Assembly: GCA_963845565.1 (NCBI GenBank)
Contig: CAWJSJ010000002.1
Location: forward strand, 2,016,001 to 2,080,000
Length of the DNA: 64,000 nucleotides
Origin: an uncultured Methylomirabilota bacterium
Lineage (GTDB): Bacteria > Methylomirabilota > Methylomirabilia > Methylomirabilales > 2-02-FULL-66-22
Direction of reading: 5' to 3'
The notes under the pieces were generated by a model. The model worked only from the letters and a program-made list of their open reading frames with translations. It did not search any database and had not been told where the DNA came from. Below are positions 54,971 through 64,000 of the stretch, in pieces. Within the stretch, counting starts at the first letter, position 1. Every line of letters begins with the position of its first letter. The translations under genes were made by a program, and so were the position numbers.

Positions 54971-55656
54971 TTCCGCAGGCCGTATTCCGCAATCTGCCGC
55001 GCACCGTCGCGATCTGCCTGCTTTGCCTTTACTCCGCGTTCCTGAGCTCCTGCGGCCGGCCACCGGCGCGCCCGGCGATCCCCGGGATCCCTGGGGCCGG
55101 CGAGGTCGGCCTCGCCTCGTGGTACGGGCAGGATTTTCATGGGCGGAGAACGTCGAGCGGCGACGTCTATGACATGTACCAGCTCACAGCCGCGCACCGG
55201 GAGCTTCCCCTGGGCACCTGGATCATGGTCGTCAACCTGGAGAACGGGCGCTCGGTGGAGCTGCGGGTGAACGATCGGGGGCCCTTCGTGGCCGACCGGA
55301 TCGTGGACGTCTCCTATGCGGCAGGGCGACTACTTGGCATGATCGGGCCGGGGGTCGCACGCGTCCGGCTGACCGTCACCCGGCCCGCGATTGCCCCTGG
55401 AGGGGTCCCACTCGGGCGGGCGGCGAGATTCGCGGTCCAGGTCGGATCGTTCATATCGTTGGAGAATGCCCGCGCCGTCGAGCGATCGCTTGCCGAGGGG
55501 TTTCCCGGGGTGGAAGTGGACCGCCGTGTCATCGGCGCAGAGACCTATTTCCGGGTTTGGGTCGGGAATTTTGGTCAGCGGTCCGAGGCTCAGGCGGTTG
55601 CGGAGCGTCTGGCAGCCCGCGGCTTGGCGGTTCTCGTCATCGAACGGGACAGATAG
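54967..55656 (+). CDS. rlpA: RlpA lytic transglycosylase with SPOR domain
   Basis: ASWYG..FHGR, TAAHRELP, VNDRGPF, VQVGSF. Confidence 0.92.
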   Translation: MIPQAVFRNLPRTVAICLLCLYSAFLSSCGRPPARPAIPGIPGAGEVGLASWYGQDFHGRRTSSGDVYDMYQLTAAHRELPLGTWIMVVNLENGRSVELRVNDRGPFVADRIVDVSYAAGRLLGMIGPGVARVRLTVTRPAIAPGGVPLGRAARFAVQVGSFISLENARAVERSLAEGFPGVEVDRRVIGAETYFRVWVGNFGQRSEAQAVAERLAARGLAVLVIERDR

Positions 55657-55715
55657 TCTCACGATCAAACGTTCAGTGTTGTCTGACATGACTCCCCGCC
55701 GGAGGGAGTTTCTCC

Positions 55716-55745
55716 TTGACACTTTTCATTTCTGCATGGTACCGT
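55716..55745 (+). promoter_or_regulatory. sigma70-type promoter
   Basis: TTGACA-18 nt-TACCGT with TG extension. Confidence 0.55.
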
Positions 55746-55762
55746 CCGCCAACTTCAGTAAA

Positions 55763-55901
55763 GAGACCCCAGCGCCCCGAATGTGACCTGCCCTGTTTCA
55801 ATCCGCCCCCTGCTGTCTCTTCGGGGGAGCCATTTTCCGGTGGGAAGGGGCCCGAGCCGTCTCGTCCCCCGGTTGGCAGCGCACGCGGACTCTGAGGTCT
55901 C
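55763..55901 (+). ncRNA. candidate structured RNA in the M23 peptidase leader
   Basis: Nested pairings GAGACC/GGTCTC, CTGCC/GGCAG and AA(T)CCG/CGGTT enclose three hairpins. Confidence 0.4.
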
Positions 55902-56013
55902 CCTGGCGGCTATCCGGATGGGTCGCGTGCCCCTCCGGGGGCGATGGTTCGACCTCCCTGGGTTTTCCCCACACCGCGCGACGAGGCAGGATCCGGCGCG
56001 CAAGGAGGCGGTG

Positions 56014-56967
56014 ATGCCCAAGCGGTTTTATACGGTCCTGGTTCTTCCGGATGCCACGTCCACCCCGCGGAAGTTCCATATCAGCCGAACGACGATCACG
56101 ATCCTGTCGTCCATGGCAGCGGTTGCCATGGTGGCAATGACTTTCTTCGTCTATCAATATGTCAACCTGAACGTCCGGCTGCTGGAGTTGCGACAGCTCC
56201 GGCACGAGGCGGGTGGTCGGACCCAGTTGGTGGAAAAGGTGGGCCAGTTCGAGGGCGACCTGACCCGCCTGCGTGACCTGGATCGGCGGCTCCGGGTCTT
56301 GGTCGGTCTGGACAAGGCCGAGTCGCAGCCTCCCGCCCTGGCGCAGGGCGGCGCCGACACCGTCAGCCGGAACGTTCTCCTGGATGCTCTGAAACAGCGG
56401 ACCGGCCGGTTCGTGGAGTGGGCGACGCGGGACCTCACCGCGCTCGGGGAGGAGATAAACTCCCGGGAGCGCAGCCTGCGCGAGTTGAAGGTGTTCATCG
56501 AGGAGAAGGCATCCACCCTGGCCGCCACGCCGACGATCTTGCCCGTGAACGGCCTCGTCACGGCCGGCTACGGGTATCGGAAGTCGCCCTTCACCGGGGG
56601 GCGGGAGTTTCATGAGGGGCTGGACATCGCGGCGCCCTACGGGACCCCGATCATGGCCACGGCGGACGGGATCGTGACGTTCGCGGGACCGCTGGCGGCC
56701 TACGGGAACGTGGTCTTCGTCGATCACGGGCACGATTTTGCGACCTTCTACGCGCACAACAGCAGCCACCGGGTCCGCGAAGGCCAGCGGGTGCGACGGG
56801 GAGAGGTGATCGCCCACGTCGGCACCACCGGGCGAACCACCGGCCCCCACGTTCACTACGAGGTGCACGTGAAGGGGGTCATCTCCAACCCGATGAAGTA
56901 CGCGTTGGACGTCTCGGGGGTGCGATTCGCATCCGATGCGGAACAGGAGAAGGCGAACCCGTCCTAA
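56014..56967 (+). CDS. M23 family metallopeptidase
   Basis: AAGGAGG RBS, TM plus coiled coil, HEGLD, YAH, TGPHVHYEV. Confidence 0.95.
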   Translation: MPKRFYTVLVLPDATSTPRKFHISRTTITILSSMAAVAMVAMTFFVYQYVNLNVRLLELRQLRHEAGGRTQLVEKVGQFEGDLTRLRDLDRRLRVLVGLDKAESQPPALAQGGADTVSRNVLLDALKQRTGRFVEWATRDLTALGEEINSRERSLRELKVFIEEKASTLAATPTILPVNGLVTAGYGYRKSPFTGGREFHEGLDIAAPYGTPIMATADGIVTFAGPLAAYGNVVFVDHGHDFATFYAHNSSHRVREGQRVRRGEVIAHVGTTGRTTGPHVHYEVHVKGVISNPMKYALDVSGVRFASDAEQEKANPS

Positions 56968-56990
56968 GAGATTCCACGGCGACAATCTTT

Positions 56991-57032
56991 CACACGCCCC
57001 GGAGGGTGAAATCTCCGGGGCGTGTGTTTTTT
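56991..57032 (+). terminator. intrinsic terminator
   Basis: CACACGCCCCGGAG..CTCCGGGGCGTGTG followed by TTTTTT. Confidence 0.85.
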
Positions 57033-57075
57033 GGCGGCGTGTGGCCGTTTGGTCGCGGGAACGGCGAGGTTGCTC

Positions 57076-57555
57076 TCAGGGGGTGAGATCAAGGGCGAGC
57101 GGGGGATGAACCGGGCGCAATTCCGTGTCCTCTGCATTGCCGACATCCCAGCGCAGCATGATGAATTTTCCCGGACCGTCCAGCACCGTGTGGGGTGCGT
57201 GCCACACGTTCGGGTGGTACGTGACGGCCTGATCGCCGTCCGCCACGAAAACGACCAGGCGATCGAGTTCGGGGTCGCCCGCCGCCGAGGAGGGGCAGAC
57301 GGCGACGAGGTACCGGGTCCCCTGCACCGGAACGAAGCTCTGCGACGAATATGGGTGGCGTTCGAGCGCATCGATCTGCCATGGTGGATTCGACGGCTTA
57401 CTGAGAAGAAAGGCCATATTGAGCGTCGCCTGTGGTCGGTAGTTCTTCAGCGTGGCGGCGAACTCTTGCCGTGGAACATCGTCACCGGCGGCCATCAGGA
57501 CTTGGCCGAACAGGGCGAACGCCTCTCGCGTCAACGGCTGCGTCGTGTGTGGCAC
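57076..57555 (-). CDS. ureidoglycolate lyase (AllA-like)
   Basis: PLTREAFALFG, LERHPYSSQSFVP, YHPNVWH. Confidence 0.85.
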   Translation of the reverse strand: MPHTTQPLTREAFALFGQVLMAAGDDVPRQEFAATLKNYRPQATLNMAFLLSKPSNPPWQIDALERHPYSSQSFVPVQGTRYLVAVCPSSAAGDPELDRLVVFVADGDQAVTYHPNVWHAPHTVLDGPGKFIMLRWDVGNAEDTELRPVHPPLALDLTP

Positions 57556-57581
57556 GTTCCAACTCCCGTGACCGGCGATTC

Positions 57582-58910
57582 CTAGAGGTGCAGGCCGAGA
57601 TGTGCGAGCCAGCGCGCCGTCCGCAGGAGGCGGGCGTCGTCGCCCCTTCGCGCCACGAGCTGGACGCCCAGCGGCAACTCATCCGCACCATGGAGTAGCG
57701 GCATGCTGAGGGCCGGGATCCCGCACAGCGTCCAGATCGTGCAAAAGATCGGGCTGCCCGTGGCGTGGAGCCCGACTGGGGCCTCGCTGGGTGTCGCCGG
57801 CGTGAGCACCGCGTCGAAGCCGCCGAGCGTGTTGTCCAGGGCTTCGGCCAGTAGTGGAATCTGCTCCAGCGCTCGCAAGTAGTCTGTCGCCGGAACGGCC
57901 CGGCCGCGCTCGATGATCTCGCAGAGCGTGGGGCTCAGGCGGTCTTTGCCCGTGGAATACTCGGTATGGTAGTGGAGGGCCAGCTCCGGTTCCATGACCG
58001 TACGATGAACGGTGTGGGCTGTGTCGAAGGCGGACGAGAGAGAGATCTCGACCACCCGCGGACCGAGTTCGGCGATCAACTGCGCAAAGGCCTGCTGGGT
58101 GGCCTGACTGGCCTGGCTCCACACCGGGGTCTTGACGAAGGCGACCCGCGGTTCGGCCGGCGGATCCTGCGACGCGACGGCGAGGAGGTTCGGGCGCGAC
58201 GTTGGACGCATGGCGCGATCGCTCGGGTCGAACACCATGAGTTCCTGGGCAAGCACCGCCACGTCCTCCACGGTCCTGCCAAAGACCCCGATCTGATCCA
58301 GGGAGGGTGACTGCGTCAAGACGCCGTTGCGCGAGATGCGGCCAAAGGTCGGCTTGTATCCATAGACACCACAGTAGGATGCCGGCCGGATCACCGAACC
58401 GTTGTTCTGGCTTCCGGTGGCCAAGGGTGTCATGCGGGCCGCCACTGCGGCCGCCGACCCGCTGGACGATCCGCCGGGGGTGCGTCCAGGGTCGTGCGGG
58501 TTCTTCGTCTTGCCTGGCGCCACCAGGCCGAGCTCCGTACACACGGTCTTGCCAAGAATGATGGCCCCGGCCTGTCGAAGCAGCGAGACGACGGTTGCGT
58601 CCTTGGTGGGACGCCGACCTGCATGCAGGACCGTCCCGTTCTCGGTCGGCATGTCCGCCGTTTCAAAGACATCTTTGACCCCCACGGGAACACCGTGCAA
58701 CGGACCGAGGTCCCGTCCTTCGCTGCGCGCGCGATCCGCCCGGCGCGCCTGTTCCAGCGCGTACGACGGATCCAGGAACGCCCAGGCCTCGACTGTCCGA
58801 TCCGCCTCGGCGATCCGCGCCAGGGCAGCCCGAACCAATTCCTCGGAAGAGACGGACCCGTCCCGAACGCGCCTCGCCGCTTCGACCGCCGTCAATTCGG
58901 TTAGCGTCAC
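57582..58910 (-). CDS. amidase signature family enzyme
   Basis: GTG start with GGAG RBS; GVPVGVKD, PGGSSSGSAAAV, GSVIRPASYCG. Confidence 0.9.
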   Translation of the reverse strand: MTLTELTAVEAARRVRDGSVSSEELVRAALARIAEADRTVEAWAFLDPSYALEQARRADRARSEGRDLGPLHGVPVGVKDVFETADMPTENGTVLHAGRRPTKDATVVSLLRQAGAIILGKTVCTELGLVAPGKTKNPHDPGRTPGGSSSGSAAAVAARMTPLATGSQNNGSVIRPASYCGVYGYKPTFGRISRNGVLTQSPSLDQIGVFGRTVEDVAVLAQELMVFDPSDRAMRPTSRPNLLAVASQDPPAEPRVAFVKTPVWSQASQATQQAFAQLIAELGPRVVEISLSSAFDTAHTVHRTVMEPELALHYHTEYSTGKDRLSPTLCEIIERGRAVPATDYLRALEQIPLLAEALDNTLGGFDAVLTPATPSEAPVGLHATGSPIFCTIWTLCGIPALSMPLLHGADELPLGVQLVARRGDDARLLRTARWLAHLGLHL

Positions 58911-58966
58911 AGCATTCTCCTTCGAGCCATTACATTGAGGGGCCACGAGCACGCCGACCAAGGCAG

Positions 58967-60143
58967 TTAGCGGGCGGTGGCCAAGTATTCCAGCGCGACC
59001 TGGACGCCGCCCTTCCGATGCGGTACCCCGGCGGCGGCCAAGTCCCATCTCGACGCCGCAGAGCGTTCCCGCAAGCATGAGGTCGTTGAAGTCGCCGAGG
59101 TGCCCGATGCGGAACGCCGTTCCCTTCAGCTTGCCCAGGCCGGTTCCGAGCGAGAGGTCGAATCGCTCCAGAATGATCCGACGGAGGGCATCGGCATCGC
59201 AGCCTGCAGGCATCAGGACTCCCGTCAACGCGCTGCTGTACTCGGCGGGATTCTTACAGACGATCTCGAGCCCCCACGACTGAACGGCGCGCCGAGTGGC
59301 CTCGGCATGCCGGTCGTGCCGTGCGAAAACATTCGCCAGGCCTTCCTCCTCCAAGAGATGCAGGGCCTCGCGCAAGGCGTAGAACAGGTTGGTCGCCGGC
59401 GTGTAGGGGAAGAATCCGGCCTGGTTGTCCTCGAGCATCGGCCCCCAGTTCCAGTAGGCGCGGGGAAGGCGCGCCTCTCGGGAGGCCGCCAGCGCCTTTT
59501 GACTGATGGCGTTCAGACCGAGGCCAGGCGGGAGCATCAGTCCTTTCTGGGAGCAGCCGATTGTGACGTCCACCCCCCATTCGTCATGGCGGTAGTCGAT
59601 GGAACCCAGCGAGGAAATGGTGTCCGCCAGGAGGAGGGCGGGGTGGCGGGCCCGGTCCATCGCCTGCCGGATCAGGGGAATGCGACTCGCCACGCCGGTC
59701 GAGGTCTCGTTGTGGACGACGCAGACGGCCTTGATGGCGTGCGTGCCATCTGCCGCGAGTCTGGCCTCGACCACGGCCGGGTCCACGCCGGTGCGCCAGT
59801 CGCCCGGCACGAAGTCCACGGACAGTCCCAGCCGCTCGGCGACACCCTTCCAGAGCACGGCGAAGTGGCCGGTCTCGAACATCAGGACCGTGTCGCCGGA
59901 CGAGAGGGTGTTCACGAGGGATGCCTCCCACGCGCCGGTGCCGGACGACGGATAGATGACGATCGGACCGTTAGTCTGGAAGATACGACGAAGGCCTGTG
60001 AGGACCTCCTTCGCCAACGGGGCGAAATCCGGTCCTCGGTGATCGATGGTGGGCGCGGCGAGCGCTCGGAGGACCCGCTCGGGGACATTGGTGGGGCCGG
60101 GGATTTGAAGGAAGTGACGTCCTGCGCTATGGGTGCGTGACAT
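58967..60143 (-). CDS. class V PLP aminotransferase (serine/alanine-glyoxylate type; frameshift near 59040)
   Basis: GRHFLQIPGPTN, HNETSTG, SQKGLMLPPG, FRIGHLG; shifted end AGVPHRKGGVQVALEYLATAR*. Confidence 0.9.
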
Positions 60144-60223
60144 GGTAGTCCCCTCCTGACTGCGATGTGGGCAGTTCCGCAGCGTCCTCGGGATGGCGAC
60201 CCGTGCAGCGACGGGGAGGGGGA

Positions 60224-60261
60224 CGACGGACGGGAGACCCGGATGGGTCTCCCGTCCGTCG
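60224..60261. terminator. 17-bp perfect hairpin inside the operon
   Basis: CGACGGACGGGAGACCC ggat GGGTCTCCCGTCCGTCG; no U-tract. Confidence 0.5.
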
Positions 60262-60271
60262 GGGAACACGA

Positions 60272-60892
60272 CTACAGCAATCGCCGCAAGAGCTCCGCTG
60301 CCCGCGTGGGGTTGAATACGCCGCAGACGCACGGTTTCGTCAGTTCGACGGCGGCCTCCTCGATGGTCAGCTTTTGCTGTTTCACCTTGGCGATCACGCT
60401 GTCCAGGAGCGCCACGGGCACCATCGCGTGACCGCACATCGTGTGAATGTCCAGCTTCTTCTTATCGGGAAGCAACTCGGTCTTGCCCCAGATGCCCAGC
60501 GAAAGCGCCGCGGTGTGGGGCGTGAGCTTCGCCTGGGCGCAGCAATCCTTGACCTCATCGAAGAGGCCGGTCACGATGACGGACATGCCCAGGTCGGCCT
60601 CTCGGATCTCCTTCAGGGACTTGATCAGGTTCTCCTTGTTGTCGAAGTGGGCATGAGCAATGGCTCCGTCCACCATCCGCTTGAAGACCTCTTCGGCGGA
60701 TCCCAAGAGGTACATGTCCCCCTGCTGCGTGTCGCCGATGTTGATCGGGTTGTGTTTCAGGCAAATTCGCAGGACGCCGACGAGCTTCTCGCGGGACCCC
60801 TTCAGGTTGGCGTCCTTCGTGGCCATGGCCATGAGCGTGTAGTCCGCCGCCTGATCGATCGGTGTTCCGGTGCGATGGAGTGTGTGTGTCAT
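60272..60892 (-). CDS. Cys/His-rich hypothetical protein
   Basis: MTHTLHRTG, CC..HT, TMCGHAMV, CVCGVFNPTRA; start overlaps the upstream stop (ATGA). Confidence 0.8.
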   Translation of the reverse strand: MTHTLHRTGTPIDQAADYTLMAMATKDANLKGSREKLVGVLRICLKHNPINIGDTQQGDMYLLGSAEEVFKRMVDGAIAHAHFDNKENLIKSLKEIREADLGMSVIVTGLFDEVKDCCAQAKLTPHTAALSLGIWGKTELLPDKKKLDIHTMCGHAMVPVALLDSVIAKVKQQKLTIEEAAVELTKPCVCGVFNPTRAAELLRRLL

Positions 60893-61614
60893 CGGAGTTC
60901 CTCCACGAACGCCGGCTTGGCGAGGCCGACATTGGTCTTGCCGCAAAGATAGGGTGTGTAGCCCAGACGCGCTAGCCGATCTTTGAAGACCAGGGAGCCG
61001 TCAGGGTAGACGCGCGAGGAGAGTCCGACGCTGAAGACTGTCTCCACTTCGCCGCCGACCTCCTTCAGTGCCGCCAGGACGGCCTCGAGTTTCTCGATGA
61101 GCACGTCCCCCTCCACGATGGCCGACAAGACGAATTCGCCCAAGATATCCTCCCGGAGCTTCCCGGTCTTGGTGTCCTTCATGACGTACGTGACGGGGTT
61201 CTTGGGCTCGAAGCTGATATGGGGGGCGAGGGCGATGCAGACCTTTTCCACATCCCGCATGCTGGTCCCGACACCCGGCCGGCCCAGCTCCACGCCAATG
61301 CCGAAATGGCCGTACCGGATGCGGCCCGTCACATCGTTGGTCTTCATCTCTGCGGTGCCGCGGCCCGAAACGCCGGTGCGGTTATCCACCGTGATCGGAT
61401 CGCTCATCGCTCGCCGGAAGCTCCGTGGCCACGCGAGATCCTCGGGCTCGAAGCAATCATACGGGCAACAGGGCATGCGGTAGCAGTTGTAGCACTCTAC
61501 GCAACGGTCCCGGTCGATCGTCGCCACGTCGTCGTCGCGAATGATCGCTTGGGTGGGACAGTAGACCGAGCACTTCTCGATACAACCCCTGCACTCCTCC
61601 TGGATGATTCGCAT
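60889..61614 (-). CDS. 4Fe-4S dicluster protein with uncharacterised C-terminal domain
   Basis: CRGCIEKCSVYCP and CVECYNC..CCP, then GRGTAEMKTNDVTGR, ELGRPGVG, KTNVGL. Confidence 0.85.
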   Translation of the reverse strand: MRIIQEECRGCIEKCSVYCPTQAIIRDDDVATIDRDRCVECYNCYRMPCCPYDCFEPEDLAWPRSFRRAMSDPITVDNRTGVSGRGTAEMKTNDVTGRIRYGHFGIGVELGRPGVGTSMRDVEKVCIALAPHISFEPKNPVTYVMKDTKTGKLREDILGEFVLSAIVEGDVLIEKLEAVLAALKEVGGEVETVFSVGLSSRVYPDGSLVFKDRLARLGYTPYLCGKTNVGLAKPAFVEELR

Positions 61615-61728
61615 GGATTCCCTCCTGTGCATTGCGGGGTCAACGCCCCAAGAACGGGTGGGTCGCCGATCCTTCCCCAAAGGAAAACTCGCCACGGCCA
61701 GATATTAAAGATGCACACTTAATATCGA

Positions 61729-61747
61729 ATTATGTATTATATGTCAA
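61729..61747 (-). promoter_or_regulatory. promoter/operator motif copy 1
   Basis: Minus strand TTGACATATAATACATAAT in an AT-rich intergenic region. Confidence 0.6.
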
Positions 61748-61867
61748 GAATTATTTATTCAGAAAAGATCTTCCTCGAGTGTGTGCTGAGGGGTATCGGA
61801 CCGTGGCGTTGAGGACGCGCGGGGCTTCTCGATGTCGGGAGTTGGAAGCTGTCTGTGAAAAAGGCGA

Positions 61868-62722
61868 CTAGGACTGCGGCGGGGTCTGGCGGCGTGGCCA
61901 GCAGCCGGCATCAACCGCGGTTAGGAAGTCCAGTACGGTGCGATTGAAAAGGTCCGGCTCTTCCAGGTTGATGGTGTGTCCGGAGTTCGGGAAGGTCACC
62001 AACCCTGCTGCCGGAGCGTGTCGCTTGAGGAAGAGGCTGGGCTCGATCGCGGGTTCGTCCTCGTCTCCCACTAAAACCAGCACGGGGACATCCATCCCCT
62101 GGAAGCGATCTTGGAGGTCGTAGAAAGAGGGGCGGGTCAATTGCACGCCTCGGAGCGTCATGGCGCGGCCGACCGCCGACCCGGTCGCGAGGTAATCGTG
62201 GAACTCCTGCCAGCCCTGCGGGTCCTTTTGTTGGAACTGGACGCGGGTGGGGCCGCGCGAGTACGTCTCCGCCACGGCAGCCATTCCGTCCCGTTCCAAC
62301 CGCTCGGCCATGTCGTTCGTGATCTTCCGGAATGCGTCACGATCCGTGCCGCTGCCATATCCGCCGCCTGCCACCGTGAGTGAAAGAGCGCGGTCCGGAT
62401 AGGTGAGTCCGAACAGCAGCGTGGCGTAGGCGCCCATGGACAACCCGCAGACATGCGCCGCGGGGATGGCCAGATGATCGAGGACGCCCTTGATGTCGTC
62501 CACGGCCATCTGCTGAGTATATGTGGCGATGTCGGACGGAACAGCCGATGGCGGGTACCCGCGAGCGCCGAAGGTGATGACCCGATATCGGCGGGCGAAG
62601 AAGCGGACCTGGGGCTGCCAGCTTCGATGATCGCCCCCCCATTCGTGGGCAAAGATGAGAGGGCGCCCGTGTCCACACTCCTCGTAGTACAGGCTCACAC
62701 CGTTGATCTCGGCCTGTGGCAT
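61868..62722 (-). CDS. alpha/beta fold hydrolase
   Basis: HEWGG, ARGYPPS, GLSMG, GDED, GHTINLEEP. Confidence 0.92.
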   Translation of the reverse strand: MPQAEINGVSLYYEECGHGRPLIFAHEWGGDHRSWQPQVRFFARRYRVITFGARGYPPSAVPSDIATYTQQMAVDDIKGVLDHLAIPAAHVCGLSMGAYATLLFGLTYPDRALSLTVAGGGYGSGTDRDAFRKITNDMAERLERDGMAAVAETYSRGPTRVQFQQKDPQGWQEFHDYLATGSAVGRAMTLRGVQLTRPSFYDLQDRFQGMDVPVLVLVGDEDEPAIEPSLFLKRHAPAAGLVTFPNSGHTINLEEPDLFNRTVLDFLTAVDAGCWPRRQTPPQS

Positions 62723-62750
62723 CTTCTTCTCCGGCCAGGATGGCGAGACG

Positions 62751-63453
62751 TCACGCCGTGGGGTGCACGTCCGTCGTGGTGGCGCCGCCGCTCAGCAGCG
62801 CCTGGACCCGGCGGCCCGTCTCGCGGCTGTGCTCCATCAGCAGCCGCCCGAGGCGCTCGCCGTCCTTGGCTTCCAGCGCATCCAGGCTGTCGCGGTGCTC
62901 CTTGATGCCGCGGTCCCAATGCGACTGCGAGTGAATGGCCACGTAGCGGGCGCGCTGGATCTGCGACGCCAGCGTCGTGTAGGTGGCGAGCAGGACGGAA
63001 TTGCCTGAGAGGCTCGACCACGCTGCGATGGAATTGCCCGTTCATCTGGAAATATTCGACGCGATCCTTGCGGTCGTGAAGGCGCTCCATTTGAGTCAGG
63101 TGCTTGCGGAGACGCTGAATATCCTTGTCTTCGACGCGTGTGACGGCCAACTCGCCGGCGTACCGCTCCAGCCACGCCATCACGTCGAACAGTTCGCCGA
63201 CGTTCTCTCGCGTGATGGGCGCCACCCGCGGGCTACGATTCGGTACGAGCTCGATCAATCCCTCGGCTGCGAGAACCTTCAGCGCCTCGCGAAGCGGGGT
63301 CCGCGAGATCCCAAATCGTTCGCAGAGCTGTTTTTCGTCAATGCGCTCGCCGGGGGGCAACTCGTTATGTACGATGAGGTCGCGAAGTCTTTCGGTTAAT
63401 TGCTCGTGCAGCGGCGGCCGTACGAGCACGTCGGCGCTTCTCTCAGGTCCCAT
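62751..63453 (-). CDS. GntR/FCD transcriptional regulator (frameshift near 63010)
   Basis: GERIDEKQLCERFGISRTPLREAL; FCD FH...GN, EH...H. Confidence 0.9.
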
Positions 63454-63616
63454 GATCGGCTCCCAGGTGTGCGGCCGTCCGTCGATGTTCCGCGCGCTGG
63501 ATTCGGTGCAATGAAAACGCGACAACGACCTCGTATTTCGATCGTCCACAATCTATCCGAGGTTCACCAGGATTTCAAGTATAAAAAATACAGAATTAAA
63601 TATGATAAAAAACTTG

Positions 63617-63633
63617 GACATATAATACATAAT
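63617..63633 (+). promoter_or_regulatory. promoter/operator motif copy 2
   Basis: GACATATAATACATAAT, identical to copy 1. Confidence 0.6.
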
Positions 63634-63724
63634 GATGTATTTTATACAGGAATCCAAGTGTTCTTGACCTGATACAACCCTGCATGAAATCATGCGTCTC
63701 CGCGGGAAGGATGGGAGCAGCGAG

Positions 63725-64000
63725 ATGACTCAGGCGTACGAGATCCCGGGGCGTCTGCTCATCGCCATCGGGGGCAATGCCATCCACCCGGGCGGCATCG
63801 CGGGGACGCCCCAAGAGCAGGTGGACATCGTTGCTGCGACCGCCCGTGCCTTGCTCCCCATCATGCAACTGAACAACGAGTTGATCGTTACGCATGGGAA
63901 CGGACCTGTTGTCGGGAAGATCCTGCTGCGGCAAACGCTTGCTCGCCATCGGGTGGTCCCGATGTCGCTGGACATCTGCGTGGCCCACAGCCAGGGGGGG
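63725..64000 (+). CDS. arcC: carbamate kinase (partial, runs off window)
   Basis: IAIGGNAI, VTHGNGPVVG, PMSLDICVAHSQG. Confidence 0.9.
   Translation, partial: MTQAYEIPGRLLIAIGGNAIHPGGIAGTPQEQVDIVAATARALLPIMQLNNELIVTHGNGPVVGKILLRQTLARHRVVPMSLDICVAHSQGG

Noticed and set aside
57582..60437. 951-aa aminotransferase-amidase fusion ORF
   Set aside because: Artifact of a frameshift near 59040. The aminotransferase has a natural end at 58967 and the amidase has its own RBS and GTG at 58910.

Overview
GC-rich bacterial chromosomal window. The repeat style and gene set suggest a Methylomirabilota/Rokubacteria- or deltaproteobacterium-like genome (inference only). It holds about 60 CDS, mostly housekeeping or metabolic: acnA, ilvE, typA, recD2, aspA, pgeF, msrPQ, a TRAP transporter, tenA, nifSU, ilvD, rlpA, an M23 peptidase and a partial carbamate kinase. 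About ten genes carry single-base frameshifts that look like assembly errors. Highlights: (1) a hidden OsmC-like selenoprotein candidate (30284-29802, minus strand; in-frame UGA at the catalytic Cys position plus a SECIS-like hairpin) that the ORF track splits; (2) a GntR-linked N-compound catabolic cluster built around an uncharacterised ferredoxin/Cys-rich protein pair, with an identical 17-bp motif in both promoters; (3) a multi-branched structured RNA leader ahead of the M23 peptidase; (4) two families of MITE-like palindromic elements that often sit on stop codons; (5) degenerate attC-like sites next to cassette-like genes and toxin-antitoxin pairs; (6) many short tandem-repeat tracts right after stop codons. 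I saw no rRNA, tRNA, CRISPR array, transposase or integrase.
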